From contig NC_068999.1 of NCBI RefSeq assembly GCF_001194135.2, forward strand, positions 52,610,976-52,673,177: a stretch of 62,202 nucleotides of DNA. Direction: 5' to 3'. The position numbers and the translations under genes were made by a program. This DNA comes from Octopus bimaculoides. Taxonomy: Eukaryota. The notes under the pieces are model-generated. The model saw only the letters and a list, made by a program, of their open reading frames with translations, ran no database searches and was not told where the DNA came from. Each line of letters opens with the position of its first letter. The first letter of the stretch is position 1. Below are positions 60,592 to 62,202 of the stretch, in pieces.

Positions 60592-61445
60592 TTTAGATGG
60601 TCGTAGTCTCACGTGAGGAAAACATCTAATAACGACTCCGTTCAGAAGGCTGGAGTAGTACATATATGTACCAGAGGGGAAAGAGAAAGAGACACAACCG
60701 AGTAGAATGTTTGATAGATGATTTATTGATATGTTAACATGTGTGTTTGTGTGTGCATCATGTATACAGAATAATAGACAGACCGTCATGGGAACAAAGT
60801 GTATGTGTATATAGGCATGGATGTATACGTGTGCGTTAAGTACATATAAGAATAGCAATGAAGAAGACCGTGAAAGAATCTATAATGAGAAGTTAGACGA
60901 ATGTTCATAGACACAAGAAATGAGAGTACCAGTTCGTAGTCAGTTGTACACGGTAGTTGACATACTATATCAAGAAGTTGCGGCGATGATGCAGAGCCGG
61001 AGTTGCGGTACGTGTCGGACGAAGTTGTGGTTGTAATGCTGCTGCCTGGATCACTTGGTACAGGAGTTCTCGCAGGTTGTATATTTGCTGTTGATCCACG
61101 GTAATTCACGAACAGTGCTGTGTTGAAACCTGGGCGAGTTGCTGGTTGAGCTGTGTACGTAGAGAGATGATGTTGACGACATTAAGAAGATGATGATGGC
61201 GACGAAGAAAGAGATTGCCGTATACTGTTGAACAGGTGTTGTCGTCTGGCCCGCAGGTTGTATATTTGTTGTTGATCCATGGTGGAATAATTCACGAACA
61301 GTGCTATGTTGAAATCTGGGAGTGTTGCTGTTGGATAGGTGTTGTCGTCTGGCGTTGTCGCTGGAACTGGCTGTTTCTTGTGTGGTCAGTGGCTAGACCT
61401 TAAAAGGTCTGGAACCAAAGACCTCGAGACGAGGAGAAGGTGAGT

Positions 61446-61539
61446 TTTTATAAGGAACAGTAGGCTCAAACGGGATTGAGAACAGGCTGTCTCACGTGAT
61501 CTTATTTAGAGCTCCGATTGGTTATACGCTGCAGATTGG
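61446..61539 (-). promoter_or_regulatory. Candidate Pol II promoter motif cluster (TATA, E-box, two CCAAT boxes)
   Basis: Minus-strand TATAAAA at 61446-61452, CACGTG at 61493-61498, and CCAAT at 61517-61521 and 61535-61539, in a CpG-rich context. Confidence 0.4.
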
Positions 61540-61645
61540 CGCGACAGAGTAAGCGACAATTGCACGAATACTAAGGGTAGCTGTTATCTGTTACGTTCGA
61601 ATGTACGTATATATATAATAAAGGGGAGAGGAATTTCAGTAGAGT

Positions 61646-61674
61646 GTACGATACATAATAATAATAATAATAAC

Positions 61675-61740
<66 letters not shown>
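61646..61740. repeat. (AAT)n microsatellite, ~31 units
   Basis: Directly visible. Confidence 0.95.
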
Positions 61741-62114
61741 GAAGCAGAAAAAAAGAAGAGTGGCATTGTTATCAAGTGAACGATATTTCGGCATCAATCC
61801 TATAATAATAATAATAACGGTTTAAAATTTTACCATAAGGGCAGCCATTTTTGGGGAGAAGATGAATCGATTACATCGACCCAAGTGTTTCGTTGGTACT
61901 TAATTTATCGACCCCGAAAGGATAAAAGCCAAAGTCGACCTCGGCGGAATAATAATAATAATAATAATAGCAATGACTTCTGTTAAATTTTGCCCGTTAC
62001 TCAATGTTTTACTGAAAGCGAAGTTAGGACGACCCTGTCTTAGATTAAAACTGCAGTGTCTTTTTTTTATTTTGATGTTTCTCTTTTGTCCGTTTATATT
62101 GTTTTATTTGACAG

Positions 62115-62188
62115 GATGTGAAGAATATATAGCGAGCAGAAGGTAGCAATCGTCGAAATCTGACCAACTCTACACAGCTTTTGGCAAA
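62115..62188 (+). other. Candidate non-coding (5' UTR or lncRNA) exon
   Basis: Long pyrimidine tract plus TTTGACAG acceptor (62113-62114) and AA|GTAAGA donor (62189). Stops occur in all three frames. Confidence 0.45.
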
Positions 62189-62202
62189 GTAAGAGACAAC
62201 AA

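Overview
This is eukaryotic, AT-rich, repeat-dense genomic DNA with many short N gaps. The SINE families, microsatellite load and gene content suggest an octopus or other coleoid cephalopod draft assembly (inference). Three spliced protein-coding genes can be assembled by hand from GT-AG sites with consistent reading phase. (1) 1-16092 (+) is the 3' part of an unusual gene with a tandem array of MYND zinc fingers. Nine are intact and one is a dead pseudo-exon; most are encoded one per symmetric phase-1/phase-1 cassette exon, and they precede a ~130-aa non-zinc C-terminal domain. (2) 25428-38458 (+) is FIS1, 5 exons, 152 aa. (3) 48307-56866 (-) is RSRC1/SRrp53-like, 7 coding exons, 380 aa, convergent with FIS1. 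The rest is mobile DNA: RTE and R4-type LINE fragments, two inverted Penelope-like insertions, Tc1 and mariner relics, TTAA MITEs, a Gypsy LTR/gag relic and several tRNA-derived SINE families. The strongest candidates for new biology are: the duplicated MYND cassette-exon array; a tRNA-headed repeat carrying a minimal hammerhead ribozyme; a TSD-flanked 1.84-kb Penelope palindrome at the MYND gene's poly(A) site; and an ~8-kb array of ~24 co-oriented SINEs nested in (ATT)n between FIS1 and RSRC1. I see no CRISPR array, rRNA or convincing tRNA gene. All calls are by eye; no alignments or database searches were run.
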